Part shown: in pieces, positions 13,091 to 26,502 of the stretch
How positions within the stretch are numbered: the stretch's first letter is position 1
How the letters are laid out: every line of letters starts with the position of its first letter
Assembly: GCA_001949185.1 (NCBI GenBank)
Contig: BDGG01000005.1
Coordinates: forward strand, 1,353,249-1,417,248
Source of the DNA: Ramazzottius varieornatus
Lineage: Eukaryota > Animalia > Tardigrada
DNA length: 64,000 nucleotides
Direction of reading: 5' to 3'
Position numbers and translations under genes: made by a program
Notes under the pieces: generated by a model
Database searches by the model: none
What the model was told of the DNA's origin: nothing
What the model saw: the letters and a program-made list of their open reading frames with translations, nothing else

Positions 13091-14444
13091 CAGGGTGATC
13101 CCAGTAGGTTGGAACGATTTTGAACGCGAATAGAAAATAAGCAGTAGTGGTTTTATTCTAATGCTTTGGGGCTTGCGAGCCCTTGGCCTTGTAATTAGCA
13201 AGCACTCGAGCAGGCCAAGAATCGACAAAATAAACCGTTAAAAATGGGTGTTGGATGGAACCAGATGGACGAAGCCAATGAAATTTGCGCATGCAGCAAA
13301 ATATGGTTCTTATTGGCCGAGTCGTTAATAATCTCCAGCTGCAGTATAACGCCCATTATTAACGGTTAATTTCTTCGTACACAGTACTTTCGGTGGAAAA
13401 GTTTTTTTGAGGTAGCCGTTTGTAGAGAAGTCCATGGGAGACACGTCTGGACTACTCGCCAACCATTCTGTCTTCGTTATGAACTCGATTCCTCGGTTTT
13501 GGAGCCACGCGACGGTCTTTTTGGCGGTATGAGAAGGCGCTGTCCATGTGGAGGATAACTTTGTGCGCATCGGCTCCGTACAAATTTGGCACATCGAAAT
13601 CGAACATTGGCTGCAAGACCATTCGGATGGAAAGATCGACATTAACCTTGACTTTCCTGGGAATAGAGTAGAAGCGAGTCTGGCCACGGTACGAAAATCC
13701 AGCTGCAAACATACGCTGAAGGGGATCTTACTGAGGGGGGGGGGGGGGGTACAACCCGACCATCTTTAACATTTTTTTCGACAAGTAAATAAAGTCTTTC
13801 TTGCGGTTTTTGAAGTCCAGCGGAAGCCTAGCTTCATCCATCGTCAGGATGTATAAGAGATTTTTGGAAATGAGCTCATGGAAGAGCATGGCACGATCTT
13901 TGCTTCTTGGCTCTTTCGGTCAGGTAATGGACTTTTGCCTTTTTCCGCACCTTCGCACCTAGATCTTTATGGATGATGGTGTTTACCGTATGCTGAGAGA
14001 CTCCTGCCTTTGCTGCCATCGTTCTTTGGGGAACAGGATTGTCGCTCGAGCAAAGGTCGGCAATTTTCCGAATTTTGGTGGGGGTCCTAGTAACCGGTTT
14101 CCGCGAATTGTTCTTCTCATTCTTCGCCGGTGGTTTTCTGCTGGCTTCGCTTCCGACGCTCTTCCATACTCTTGACACTGTAGATTTCGCCAAGCCATAC
14201 CCCTCCTTCATCAGAGTTTTCACTGTCATGCTCCAACTGTAATTCAGTCTCCTCAGAGCTAATATACGAACTCTGAGGTCTTCAGAGATCGGAGAAGGCA
14301 TGACCAACTTCGAGAAAAAACGAAAACGATAGAAAGAAAGCCCACAAAATTTCATATCAGCTGATTTAGAAATCAATCAAATCGGTTGACTAGCGATTTT
14401 TCTATTCGCGTTCGAAATCGTTCGAACCTACAGGGATCACCCTG
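13091..14444 (-). mobile_element. Tc1/mariner-superfamily transposon (maT/DD37D-like), frameshifted
   Basis: TA-flanked ~45-bp TIRs CAGGGTGATCCC.GTAGGTT.GAACGATTT. Paired HTH N-terminus (13876-14376). Catalytic motifs ILTMDEA, ILHMDSA and WLASSPDVSPMDFS. Confidence 0.92.
13325..14376 (-). pseudogene. Tc1/mariner transposase pseudogene
   Basis: ORFs 13876-14376, 13452-13712 and 13325-13708 carry HTH and DDD motifs in different frames. Confidence 0.88.
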
Positions 14445-15370
14445 TACTTGTGAATTAGTTTGGGATTTTAATAGCGGAAGATTAGTAAGAAATCATCAGT
14501 GGACAAAGTTGTCGCCAGTTCGGGCAAACGGACAAAGTTGGGTCTCGCTCCTCGTAGTGCGGTATTTTATCTTGGGTGGCGTTCTCGATGGATCTCTAGG
14601 TACGTACTTGTTTGTCAGCCTCAATTTTTCAGACATGTGCATGGAGCTGGGTGATTTAGCTTGCCGTTATCGTTAACAATGAATCGTTGAGTTGATCATG
14701 CTTTTTACCATTCCTAAAATTTAAAGCTCGCTCGCCGGTGCGGATCTTTTATATATATACGGACCCGTTTGTGCGGTATCGCAGATGAGCAATCTGATAG
14801 ACTCATATCGGAGCTGTCTGGCTTTCTTCGCAGGCATACAAGCGTATCGCTGCCCCGGAGCTTCCAACGGCGCTCGGCACAGCAGGGTGCGCATCCCGCG
14901 ACCCCATCTTTGAGCAGCGCCAATCCTTTCTCCACAGACACTTTTAGAATGGGGATTCCCGACTGGCGAAAGGCGAAGCTTTCAGGTTGCACACCTGACG
15001 ACAAGGTGCACACTCAGCTAATCCTGTACATCACGTAGCACTTGTGGCCAATCGAGTCTTTGTGGCAGTTATGTGGCAGTACACGGTGGGACCGGATGGG
15101 AAAAATATTGGCACGAATGTTGACACGCACGAAGGGAAAGCTTGAAGCAGTAAAAAGTTTAGACCAGGCTACTCCGAAACAGCGGCAAGGAAGTACGTAC
15201 GCATGTGTGCAATCCACACCAGTGCAGCTCTGGCAATTTTCTATAGGTGAATTTGAGTTTGCCATCTTTTCCGTCTGATGTAAAGTCTTACTGCTCCAAA
15301 CTTTCCCCTCGTCTACAGCAGGACTACGTGCGTATTTCGGTCGTAAAAATAGTCAAAACGAAACCACGTA

Positions 15371-17093
15371 CATAGGGGGTTCAACAAGTTTTAAAGCCGA
15401 TTTTACCACAAATTTCTGGTTCGCCCGAACTTCACAACTTCTCAAAGTACCATTGCGGTCAGAAACGTGAGGACATGGCCAATAAATCAATCAGAACCGA
15501 CCGCATGACGTGACGTCACGGCAATCAAAAGCCTTGATCAACGTTTCCGGTTCAGTCAGCTGTTTTCAGGCGTAACAGGTGTTCCTTTGTGATGCCGGGA
15601 GTCTTACTTCTTAGTTCCTGTAATCTCTTCTGTGATATCCATCGCTACCTCTGTCATTGTGTTCTGTAATATAGTCTAGAATGAGCCGAGGCCACAGGGT
15701 TAGTGACGTGGTGGTGAGAGCAGTAATGGTCTGCGAACCAAGTGGTGATTCAGAGAGCGCATTCAATAAAATTTATCAAAACTTTTGATTGTAATACCGC
15801 CCCGAACTCCGCCTTGGGTTTTGATTGATTGATTTTTCCATGTCCTCACGTTTCTGACCGCAATGGTAAGCACCACCAACCTCTATGCAATGTTTACATC
15901 GAGAAACCCAGTCGCCGAACATTTCGTGGAAAAAGTTTTTATCAAAAGCAGCAAGGGCGTCATCGCTAGCGCTATCCTCTTCCGCCGAAATTTGTTCCCC
16001 CTTTAACAGATCTTTCAGTTTTCGAAACAGCCAAAAATTGCAGGCGGATAGGACTGGAGAATGGGGAGGGGGGGATGAACAGTGGATTCGAGCTTCTGCT
16101 CGGCCAAGAATTCCGCTGTTTCAAGTGGGCTGTGTGATTACGCGTTATCGTGGTGAAGCAGTTTCCCCCGAAGTACGCCTTTCGAGCGTCAGTTTTCTCA
16201 GGATCTCTCATAGAGGTTTCAAACAGTTTTTGATGTAAGAAGCACCACCCATCGACGGTCCATGAGATACCTTTATGTTGAAACTCACTCCGTTCCGACC
16301 CAGGAAAAAGTTTGACATACGATTTTTGATGCTCTTCGGTGCCGTACAACCACGGGTGCGCCACTTTCTTTTTCGACCTGTTCCTTCTTGTATTCCTTCC
16401 GTTTTGGATCGTAATAATAGACACAAGATTTATCGCTAGTCACCATATCATGCCTTATGTTTGACTCGAGGATAAGAATCATCTGCTCATATCTGCATAT
16501 TCTTTACTGACGTTGGTTCTCCGTCAGTCCATGAGGTACCTACGGGGCACACATTTCTTGCAAAATAAGATCACCGTGCAATTTCTGTTCGGCCGTTCCC
16601 ACTGAAATGTCCAGTTCCTCCGCTATATTCCTGACAGTGGTGTGACGATCTTCTTCCATCAGCTTGCGTGTAACGGGGATCTTTTGTCGGTGCGCGCCGT
16701 AACAGCAGCCTCAGGACACAGCGCATCTTCCAGATCGAAAATCTTTCGATGAAGATTTCTGTATCAGTACTCAACAGTTGAGTTCGATGAAGATTCATCC
16801 CCTAACACTTTACCCATCTCCTCGAAGCATTCCCGTGTCGTCAGGTTCCGCCTGAAATTGTACAGTATGACGCTTCGGTAAAACGGCTTATCGTAGTGCG
16901 CCATGTTAACGGGGAAAGTGGAAAGTTCCTCAGGTGCCTAAATTGAAACTGACGATTCTTTGAGAGTTTGAAGTCTATCCATTCGGTCTTTTGGTAATGG
17001 ACCGTCAATAGGTCAGCCTTTGTTTTGGACAGTGGCATAAAAAACCAGGTCAACTAGGGCAGTCACGCCTTAAAACTTCTTGAACCACCTATG
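15371..17093 (-). mobile_element. mariner (DD34D-type) transposon, decayed, with a nested MITE
   Basis: TA-flanked TIRs CATAGGGGGTTCAACAAGTTTTAA / TTAAAACTTCTTGAACCACCTATG. Minus-strand remnants of the WVPH(E)LT motif (~16535) and MVTSDKSCVYYYDP. Confidence 0.85.
15450..15866. mobile_element. 417-bp TA-target MITE nested in the mariner
   Basis: Perfect terminal repeat CCATTGCGGTCAGAAACGTGAGGACATGG flanked by TA at both ends. Its right half matches ~40790-41392. Confidence 0.92.
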
Positions 17094-17816
17094 TACTTGA
17101 CAACTTGAGTACGGGGCGGGAGATTCACTTTCTTGGCGCACACTCATCCGTGCGCAGCGAGATTCCAATTTAACATTGTGCTCCCCATTCTTTTTGGTTT
17201 TGCCTGGAGAATCGATTTCTTTCCAAACTACAACTAACGCCCACTGGACAGTGGCTCTTCAAAACTGTGTAGACCTTTTGTTGTTGCCGATGGAATTTCG
17301 TCTTAGTCTCAGCTAACAAAACATTATTTTCCAGCTGGGCTCTCCGCTACTCCAGAGTCTCCACAAAATTTTAGCCCAAGCCCACAGATCTCGTATCTCG
17401 CGACAGTTTCAGATTCGTGTATAGGTCAGCTCAGTTATAAAGAACAAATTACGAAGCTTGGCCGTTTTGAGTCTGTGGGTTGTGCACTTTACATCATACT
17501 CCCAAATTTTGGGCCAGTCGACGAGGCGGTGATTGGTTGATGTTAGCACCGCCCCCAGTTTCAACCAGTCAAAAACCGGCGAAATTGACTTTTCCGTATC
17601 GTACTCTGAAAGCACGAAATCGCGTTGTGCTCAAGGTGTTAAAAAACTACGTTTTTCGAATGGGAACTCTTCAAGGTAGAAACTGCGTTCATGGCTTTGC
17701 GTCCGTAAATCTTGCGCTTGTCGTCGTGGATACATGATTTTGGGGGGCAATGCAAAGCTGCAGTAGAGGACTGGCTGTTTCCTCGAACGTGATCTTGCGC
17801 GGCTCACTGTTTGGTG

Positions 17817-20711
17817 ATGGCCATTTTTGGGCGAATCGCATCCTTTGTTATGTGCATAACTCTCATCGGAGCTTCGCACAGGGACTACACCCTGTATTAC
17901 CTGGATCGTCTCTACAAGTCTGGTGAATTTCACGAAGAACAGCCACGAAATTATGCGGTAAATCTGAATTACCAGTTACAATGTGGATGGGAAGGTTTCT
18001 CTGCTCAGTTGGACACAATTAATTCTGCCCCTCAGTCCTCGTTATACCTGCTGGAAGAGAACTACACAATGCAATGTCGGCCTTCTAGGTCCTCGAAAGA
18101 CAGCTCTCTTGGATCGAGGGCCATGACCATCGATGAGCTCTATGATCTGAACGCAAATATGAATATAATGGCGTTCCTCGAGAACGGATCGTCATTCCAT
18201 AACTTTACGATGGTCTTCAACAACGGCACATGGCAGTATCCTGTAAACAGATCTAGCCTCGGAAATGCGAAAGGTTCAATTGCTTTACCATGGCAAGTAA
18301 CTGTCTACGCGTCCATAAAAAATCCTACCCATGACGACAATATGTACTACGTGGAAAGATTCACCATTGTTGATAACTACTCTGATTCGTATCTGAGGTC
18401 GAGCTGGGGAAATATTAGTTCCGGGATGGAAATGCTGCCCAGATTTATTCTCGCAGATCCGACTTCGGACTATCGACCGAGTGTTTTTACTCGAAGCAAT
18501 CCGTGTAATCCTCAAGTAAAGTTAATTATTGCACCCGATCCAACGCGTTTTTTACGCGTTTATATCGGAATTTTGTATTCAGCGGACGCCCAACCTGGCC
18601 AAGTCCGGTGGTATTCACAAGATCTGGAATACTTCAACCGCAGTACCGATGATCCAAGCATGGTTACTCAGTGCACAATCTCAGCAGCACAAAGTTTTGT
18701 CCGCCATGTAGTAATCAAAACGACCTTCTGTGGAACGTACGTTTCCAGCGCGCTTTTTGAGGATTTTGAAACTGACGCCATATCGGGCGAAGAGACAGAA
18801 AACGAAGCCCCACGATCTCGTGTTACTTTCAAGAGAGCAGATGATCTCGAGACATATGAACCAACATTGTCTGGTTTCTCCGTCTGGTGCAGTTTACGAG
18901 AGGTGACCGATAAGACTGGCAGGTTGGATAAAGCAGTGGGGTCGCATGATTGGGTGTCTCTGACGCAGGGACCGGCGAAGGAATGGATAGCTGTTCGAGA
19001 CCCGTTTGCCTCGAGTGAACAGAATAATGTTACGGTGAAATTACCACAACTTTACGACAACAGTAGTATCGGTAACTTCAATCCAAACGATGCCTACAGA
19101 AGACGCTGGGTTGGATTGCTACAACTAGCAGCAGTTCCTGAGTACCAGTCCAAATTTTCACTAACCTATCTTGATAGCCAGACTGGCTTCCATTACTCCT
19201 TGTATTCAGCGGTTGCGCAGGGCATACTTGGCATTCGGCAGGGCTACGTATTCAAGCGAAGGTTTGCTGAGCTTCAAGCAGGAATACCATATGGATGGCC
19301 TATTGGGATGTTCAGGTACTCGGTGGGTGCCTCCTATGAGATCAAGCGAATTGTGATGAACCCTGTGACGAGAGATATGTATATGGTATCCGATCAGACC
19401 ATTTGGCTCGTATCCAGTGACGGTCGAGCCACAAAGCTACTGATCAATCTCAAGAAATGGAACATCGATTTCTCAGTTATGGATTTATCATTCAGCAAGA
19501 ATGGTGTTATGATGTATGTTATCACAGGCGACATTTTTGGTGGAGTGCCTGGACCCACTTTGCGGGGTTTATCGTACTTCGGTTCTTTTGCTCCACTAAC
19601 CAACGCGACGTCTGCAGTGTGGAAGTACACCAACGGGATACTCATCGACAACTCTGATGCAGTGACTGATATACAGCTGAGTAACGCGGTAACTTCCGAG
19701 GACCTCTTTTCCAGAATTGATGACACTGCCGTGACGACTTCTGGCATCGATGGTGATCCTTCCGTCTTCAGATTCTGCCCGCTTCCTTTCACAAGTAAAG
19801 TGTTTCTGCTTCTGCAGCCGGTTATGGGATCAAGTTATTACACCCCCGCTATTTATGAGGATGACCGCGCAAAAACCTTGTCGGTTTCACCTGTTGCTGC
19901 AAGCACGATTTTTTCCAAAGGAACCATCCAGAGCTATGATCCGCTTTATCTGGTAAAAGCCGGTGGAGTGATACGTTATGGCTACCTTCAAGTTCGTGCG
20001 AAAACGGCTTTTCTCCGGTCCGCGGATGGCAACTATACTATTAGTATATGGAAAGATCAGTCGAACCCGGACTTTTCTGCCGTCAATGTTACGGGAGACG
20101 ACCCTTTAAAGAAGAGCAAGGTATCCGTGCTGGCCGAGAAGTTTGATGAATCAGCCGGAACATGGCTTCGAATAAGCTTTGTCTATACCGAAGGCGTTGC
20201 TGTCATGCGAACCCCGGCTGATCTGATTAGAGGCGGCAACTGGACATTTCTGCCTTCACAGTGGCGTATTGCGGATTTCTCGGCTGACCGTTTTGTAATT
20301 GAAGATTCAGGTGCATGTCCATTCGTTCTGGTTACGTCGCTGGTTAACCCGGACATGCATCTGGACGCCGGGGACATTTTTGCTGTCGAGGTTGCATTAA
20401 TGCCCAATACAAAAGCTTTATTCCCTTTCGCCAGCGGCCAGCTTCAAAACCAAATGGGCAATCCTTGGCGGATACATGTACGTTCTGAGTTGATGGGGAA
20501 TGTCTTCGTCGGATGGCGGCTGTTGTACCAGATTGAAGAACTGGGCTCTCGGCTCCATCCGGATCTTGCTATTACGCCACTATCTTTTCGTGCGGAAGTT
20601 CCTGCAGCAGGGTGCAAAGACGACTCGATTTCTCAGCTGACAATCATAAGTGGGTGCCGCAGAGGTACGAACCTGGCTTACTCCTACCCCGACGGCCTTC
20701 TGACCAATAAG
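17817..20711 (+). CDS. CATSPERB: CatSper channel auxiliary subunit beta homologue, exon 1 (965 codons, signal peptide and large ectodomain)
   Basis: Uninterrupted ORF with an N-terminal hydrophobic signal and many NxS/T sites. Collinear blocks resemble mammalian CATSPERB as I recall it: LYLLEENYTMQC, NPCNPQV, VYIGI, MNPVTRDMYMVSDQTIWLVSSDG, NWTFLPSQW, HLDAG, MGNP, ISGC. Phase-0 donor AAG|GT after 20711. Confidence 0.82.
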
Positions 20712-21964
20712 GTATTACTTTTGCTACAAAAATCATATAGCTCCAGCAGACAGAATATGAGCTAGCAGTGTGGATGTTTGCGGACTTTAAAGTAAAGCAA
20801 GAACAGAAAATCGTTGCCGCGAATTATATGAGTCAGCCCATTTGATCCAGGTGAGGTTATTGTCAGCCAGTAAAACCAAAAAAGATTATTGGCACCCACT
20901 GAAACATGGTCGAAATCGCTGTACTTATAGTCACCAACTAAAATTAATTCTTTACGAGGTTACCGCACACCCATCCGAAAGTAAGTGCCACCCAGTTTTT
21001 ACTGATTTCATTCTAAAGTAGCAGTTCGAAGTTGCAGATTCTCAATATCGAACAATCTCGACTGCGTTTGCAGTTGCAGGTGGCCCACAGTCGTGTCCCA
21101 TACTGACTGTCGCTGGACTTGAGGGTAGAAAGCTGCTTTCTCCCATGTGGACCTGGAATGAGACTTTGCAGACGCTACAAAAGATGGCCAGCGATTTGCG
21201 GGTCTTTCTGCGTAGATGAGCCATACAGGTACCGGTGCTTGTAGAGCTGGCCATCATTCCTGTCCGCCAAGATCCAACAATCCCTCAAATTATCCTCGTG
21301 TCGGTGGCGGCGCAGTATTTGCACGCCTAGCACACCGTTTCCGAATCGATGTCTGCGCGGGTGGTAAAACATGTCTCCAAAGTAGAACGGCCTGTGGTAC
21401 CGGTGCTCGAAGTTCTTTCTGCGGGCCTCGTCCGATCGGGAGACCGCTGAAGCTCTGGGTTCTTTCGCGTTCAGCCGCCATTTGTAAGTATGAATAATAG
21501 TTCTCAAAATCCGATTCTCGAAAACTGGGTGGCCATAACGTCAATTGGCGTGGACGCTTTTGATTAGATCTCGATTTCAGTGGGCGACCATAACTGAATC
21601 GGGTTTCTGTAAATTATTATGATGGGTGACAATCACCATTTTCTTCAATTAAATAGCTCTTACAATACTTTTCGACATGAGACGTTTTCTACTGCTTGTC
21701 GTTGGGTTTACTGTTGAAGTTGTTTTACACGAAAAGGCGGCAACTCGGTTAGCCAGGCAAGACGTTGTTCCGCTCCGACGAATTGCGCTTTCAGGTGGCT
21801 CTGAGTTTTCCAAAGTTCGAAACGTGCCACCTGACTGAGCCGTTCAAGTTCTGAGTGTGCTTCATAAGATCAGTGATGGTTATCGAATTGTGCAATCATT
21901 CTAACGAACTCGAAGGTTTGGTAAAAACCCGCCACTTTCAGAAAAACACTTTTCTCGAGCAATC

Positions 21965-22475
21965 AAATAAGGATCATTTTTCGCACCTGTCACACATTAC
22001 GTGGGCGGTTTATCAGAGAGCCTAAACGGCCAAAATGTAGAAAAAGCATCGCTCTGTGGACTACACTAAGAAAGGCCTCCAGCAAAGAGTTCTCGCAAAG
22101 TTTTTTCGTATAGGTACGACAGCCCACTTGCTGACGTTTTTAATCGACGAAATACTTTCATCTTGAACATCTTCCGTCGTGATCATCGGTTATCTATAAA
22201 ACGGGTATCCACCGACAGCTGAAAGTTTGCTCTCCCGAATGAGCTGAGGGTTGCCACGTAGATTCTGCAGATAGAAAAGAAGGGAAATAACTGATAAAAT
22301 CTGCTCGGAAAAGTGGACTGCAGTACCTATGCGGAAAAACTTTGCGAGAAATGTTTGCACGAGACTTTTTTAGTGTAGTCCACAGAGCGATGTTTTTTCT
22401 ACATTTTGACCGTTCAGGCTCTTTGATAAAACGCCCACGTAATGTGTGAACAGGTGCGAAAAATGGACCTTATTT
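21965..22475. mobile_element. ~510-bp foldback MITE with ~150-bp TIRs, in the CatSper-beta intron; superfamily uncertain
   Basis: AAATAAGGATCATTTTTCGCACCTG...ATAGGTAC is mirrored by GTACCTAT...CAGGTGCGAAAAATGGACCTTATTT. Confidence 0.85.
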
Positions 22476-22699
22476 CCTTGTTCGAACCACCGAATCTTAG
22501 CGGTCGATTGATTGGAAAAACGACCGACCTGTCACGTGGTCGAAAAGCAGAAGGTGTCGTCCACATAACAGCGTTCAAATTTTTGGAATCGGACAATGGG
22601 TTCAGGAGGTAGGAATTTACGAACGAACACCATGGGGTGGCGATGACCCGCGACAGTGACTGTACACTTTCAAGAGCACTATTTGATCTGTCTAGCTAA

Positions 22700-25077
22700 C
22701 AAGGGATTAACGCCAATCGGTTCCCTCTAACGAGATTCAGGATGCGCAGTCTGATAGAGGACAGTTTCCTCCACACATTGAGCTAAACAAAAGGTCCTAA
22801 AAGAAATCCTGAAATTAATTATGGGAAGAGGAAGTTAAGTACAAGTTTGCCGCTGGTGACGTAAACGGCAATCTTGCGTTTTGATCTACAGTCCACACTG
22901 TATGAAAAACTCTGCCAAGTGTTAATACAAATCAAGGAATATATAGTTCACAGAGGTTGTAGACACCGTAGAAATGGGAGAAGCAAAGAGGACCCTTGTA
23001 CCAACCGCAAATCAATATGACAGTGTTTCTACAGTTTTCGTGGAAGCAATGGCTAGTCAACTTATCGAAGCAAAACTCGGCAGGGTTGACGTATCTAATC
23101 CATTCATCTGTGTAACCGGATTCGTACCAAGCTGCGGGAATAAGATTCCCAAATCTAGGAGACTGGAACTGCTGATAGATTAACGAATGTAATTTGAGTA
23201 TTACATCCCTGTGATGCATTTGGATAGGTAGGTTGTGCAGAATCACAAATTTAGAAATCTTTTTGAAGAATCCTTTGTACATTCTGAAAAACAGAACATC
23301 GAGAGGCTGAATATCTCCGGTCACTTTCGGTGGGATTCGAAGTATTTCATATTCCAAGTTATCGGGTTTGAGTTCCATCACCGAGTCTTGATCGTTGAAA
23401 GTCGACCAGGAATCAGCCAGCAGAATGCACCGGTCCACCATATGAGGAAAAGACCTCAGCACACCATTTCAAGTAGAGCTTCTTAGTCGTCTTTCCTGAT
23501 GTTGAGGCCGTCACGTACAAATTTTCAGCTTTGAACATCGTGCGAGTTGAAATTGGCCCAAATACTCCCTTTGGTTCTTGCAACGTCAGAAAAAGCTTTG
23601 GAAGAAACGTGCGGGTTCCAGGAGAAACAGTCATCATTACGGTGTAACTATGAGTCATGAAGTGTTCGGACTGGGTTATAGCTTCCACGTGTTCAACACC
23701 ACAAATATCCAACGTACGACAAGGTCTCATCTCATATTCAAAACCTGACTGATCCGCGTTCCACAGACAGTCCAGTCCGTAATCTGCGATCCTTGATCGG
23801 ACGAGAGCTACACAGTCGGCGGCGCTGTGTTTCACCTTTGGAAGTTCCTTGATCGACTTTTCAGTCACAAATTTCGTGATCTTTCGATCGCAAATACTGT
23901 AATACCTGAAATAATTAATTGACTGTTTAATTTACGATAGATAACAAATCTATCGCTGCAAACTGATATGAAAATATACCGTTTTTGTTTTCCAATCCAG
24001 TCAGGAGACGCTTTGAACCCCTCCAAACGCACGGCCTGATGTGCTGTAAGTGCCCATCGACGAAGATCCAGATCCTTGACCACATGCTTCTTTTTCTTCG
24101 CCAAAAAGAACTGCTTCCCAGTTTCCAGTCTAGGCGCTTTCAGCTTGTCCATACGTGAACCACCCGCTTCCACATGCTTCTCCCAATCTTGCAATTGACG
24201 GACACTGGTTACTTTTGTAAATCGATTTTGGACTGCTGTAAGACTGCGTCGTTTTTTCGAAGTCGCGTTTCTCCAAAACGCAACCGAACGTTTCTTATAG
24301 TCCAAGTCAATCATCTGACTGGGTACGGTTCTTAGATCTGGAATCTGTGGAACGAACAGTTCATGTGAGGAAGGTTCAGTGCCGCTGGAAGGAGGCTCGG
24401 TCGTCACGTTGTCATCGAACTCCGCTTCGTCATAAGCGCTCAACAAGTTGAAGCTAATGATAGATTTCTTAAAATCCTCGAACGTTGCGTGATCAATTTG
24501 CAGATCACACTGGAGATCTTATTCGATTGCTCGTAGAGGTGTGCCAGTTCCTGCAACCTTCTCGTCAATTAAACCTAGACAGTGACAGGTTAGTACCAAC
24601 TTCCGACATGGTTTTTAGCAATAATTTCGATGTGAGTTACATAATCAGTCTTACCCTTGAGGACTTCCTTCAACAGCTTATCAGCTTCACTTGGGGCATC
24701 GTCAAGCTGGAAACTCTGTCTATAATCCACTTCGAGAAGCTTGAGAACATTCATCGGGTTGACGGCGTCCATGTTTCACGGAAGATTCTTGCAAAGATTG
24801 AATGAGTTTTCAAGAAAGATGCCACTTAAAGGCTGAAAAAGATCAGTACAGAGCAGCACTCAATCAAAGGCAAATCAACTACCGAACAATCAAACGTTTT
24901 GATTTGGCCATGCCGTTTACGTCACCAGCGGTAAGCTTGTATTTAACTTCCTCTTCCCATAATTTCAGGATTTCTTTTAGGACCTTTTGTTTAGCTCAAT
25001 CTGTGGAGGAAACTGTCCTCTATCAGACTGCACATCCTGAATCTCGTTAGAGGGAACCGATTGGCGTTAATCTCTTG
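22700..25077 (-). mobile_element. Tc4/Tc5-like DNA transposon (DDE_1), near full length, in the CatSper-beta intron
   Basis: ~170-bp near-identical TIRs starting CAAGGGATTAACGCC. 3-bp TSD TAA in a C-TAA-G context (22697-22699, 25078-25080), i.e. a CTNAG target. Confidence 0.92.
22932..24772 (-). pseudogene. Tc5-like transposase with a predicted 74-bp intron (23906-23979) and frameshifts
   Basis: HTH FKASPDWI. DDE motifs WNADQSGF, LLADSWS, IQPLDV. Cys/His-rich C-terminus CFHENC..CGW..CFSHF. Splicing restores KQKR|YYSICDRKITKF in frame. Confidence 0.88.
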
Positions 25078-25929
25078 TAAGCCGTGCGCAGAATACCAGG
25101 GGTATCAGTGACCGATGAGCGCTTAAGTGGGCGGCTGAAAAAAATCGGAATTGGTCTCTTCACCGTCGCCGCCCATAAATAAGTACCACTTACCCCCATT
25201 TTTCGTTCACGAGCCTCTGTCTAACAAACGATCGCGGCCCAAGTTTTCTGTTTCAGAACTTGTACGAAGTCTCGAGCACTCAACCCTGTTTTCTGCGAGT
25301 AAGATTTGAGCCCTAACTTAGTTCTAAAAACTGCCACTGTGCATATTCAGGTCGGTCACCCCAACTATACGGGTGATGGATTCCTCGCCTAATTTCGGGC
25401 GGGGCAGAAGAGAGGTGTGGTTCCTGGGAACAACCCGCACGTGCATGCATCATCTGCGTTTTACCGCTTATGCTCAAGAAAACAGCGCACTTTCCCACTT
25501 TGGGGAATTGCCTGTTCCCACGAACTGTCAACTACTTATTTGCCTCTCAACATCCCCAACAACTTGTTAAAATTTAAAATGTTCTTTGCTATGAATGCTA
25601 CAGCTTGGCTGTAAAGCCAGTTCTAAAGAAGATCTGTAGGTATCCTAAAGGTACTGTAGCGGACTTGAAGGTCGAAGAACACCGGCCAATCCACAACTCC
25701 GAAGCCATTTAGAAAATTTACGGTCATTTCATTTCCGTTTCGCAAATTAAAAATCTTTTCACCCGAAGATCGAACGCATGCACTCCACCCTTGCATTTCA
25801 CCGTGCTATCCACTGCACTAACCACTGACATTTTGCATCATCGTATAACTTTATTCCGACGGGATGACATTCAACATTCTGTATCGATCGATTAGATTGA
25901 TTGTTGTTTCATAGTGTCGGTGAACACTA

Positions 25930-26502
25930 CTGTAATGCTTCTTGAAGTTCGCGAAGCGCGTCATCGTACGCGTGAAAATTGAATGTTTGACAGTCTCCTC
26001 ATTATTACGGTGACATCGAATCCATAATTGTATCCACATTCATGGTTCTTGTAACTCTCTGGGGAATTTTCGCTGTTATGCCTTCGTTGGGAAGAATTGG
26101 AAGCGTACTGTTGAGTCATTCCGGAACTCTGGAAAGCTTTTGAACAAGTTTTCAAAAGAACACCAGGATTCCAGAGTCTACGCTTCGAGGATGGGTGTAA
26201 GTTTCTTTTATTCTCTGGCTCAACATTTATCGTTACGTTCAGACAAAACCTGCCAGCAAAAATCAAAGGTATCGGAAAGACCAAGTATTAGAACCACTCT
26301 ACATGCTAGCTGACGAGTTTGTTCAAGATCTTAACTGCACATCTGAATGCAGTGGAAGACAACTGATCTGGAGGCTAGATTTTCCAACGATAGCGGGGTA
26401 TATGATGGATTGTTGATTGGCCAGAGTGCGTGAAACTAGTGCTCGACGGGAAAAATTTACGCGTATAACGACGTGCTTCGCGAAGTTCAAGAAGCATTAC
26501 AG
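25930..26502. mobile_element. 573-bp non-autonomous pogo-family element
   Basis: TA-flanked TIRs CTGTAATGCTTCTTGAA.TTCGCGAAGC.CGTC, similar to the TIRs of the pogo at 1367-5413. Confidence 0.88.

Noticed and set aside
13735-13749. Long G runs here and at ~8052-8070 as functional G-quadruplex or frameshift signals
   Set aside because: Both lie inside decayed elements at lesion points and are more simply slippage or assembly homopolymer errors.
21040-21500. Possible extra CatSper-beta exon (AG at ~21037, GTAAGT at ~21484)
   Set aside because: No continuous plus-strand frame, and exons 1 and 2 already join collinearly with CATSPERB without a gap.
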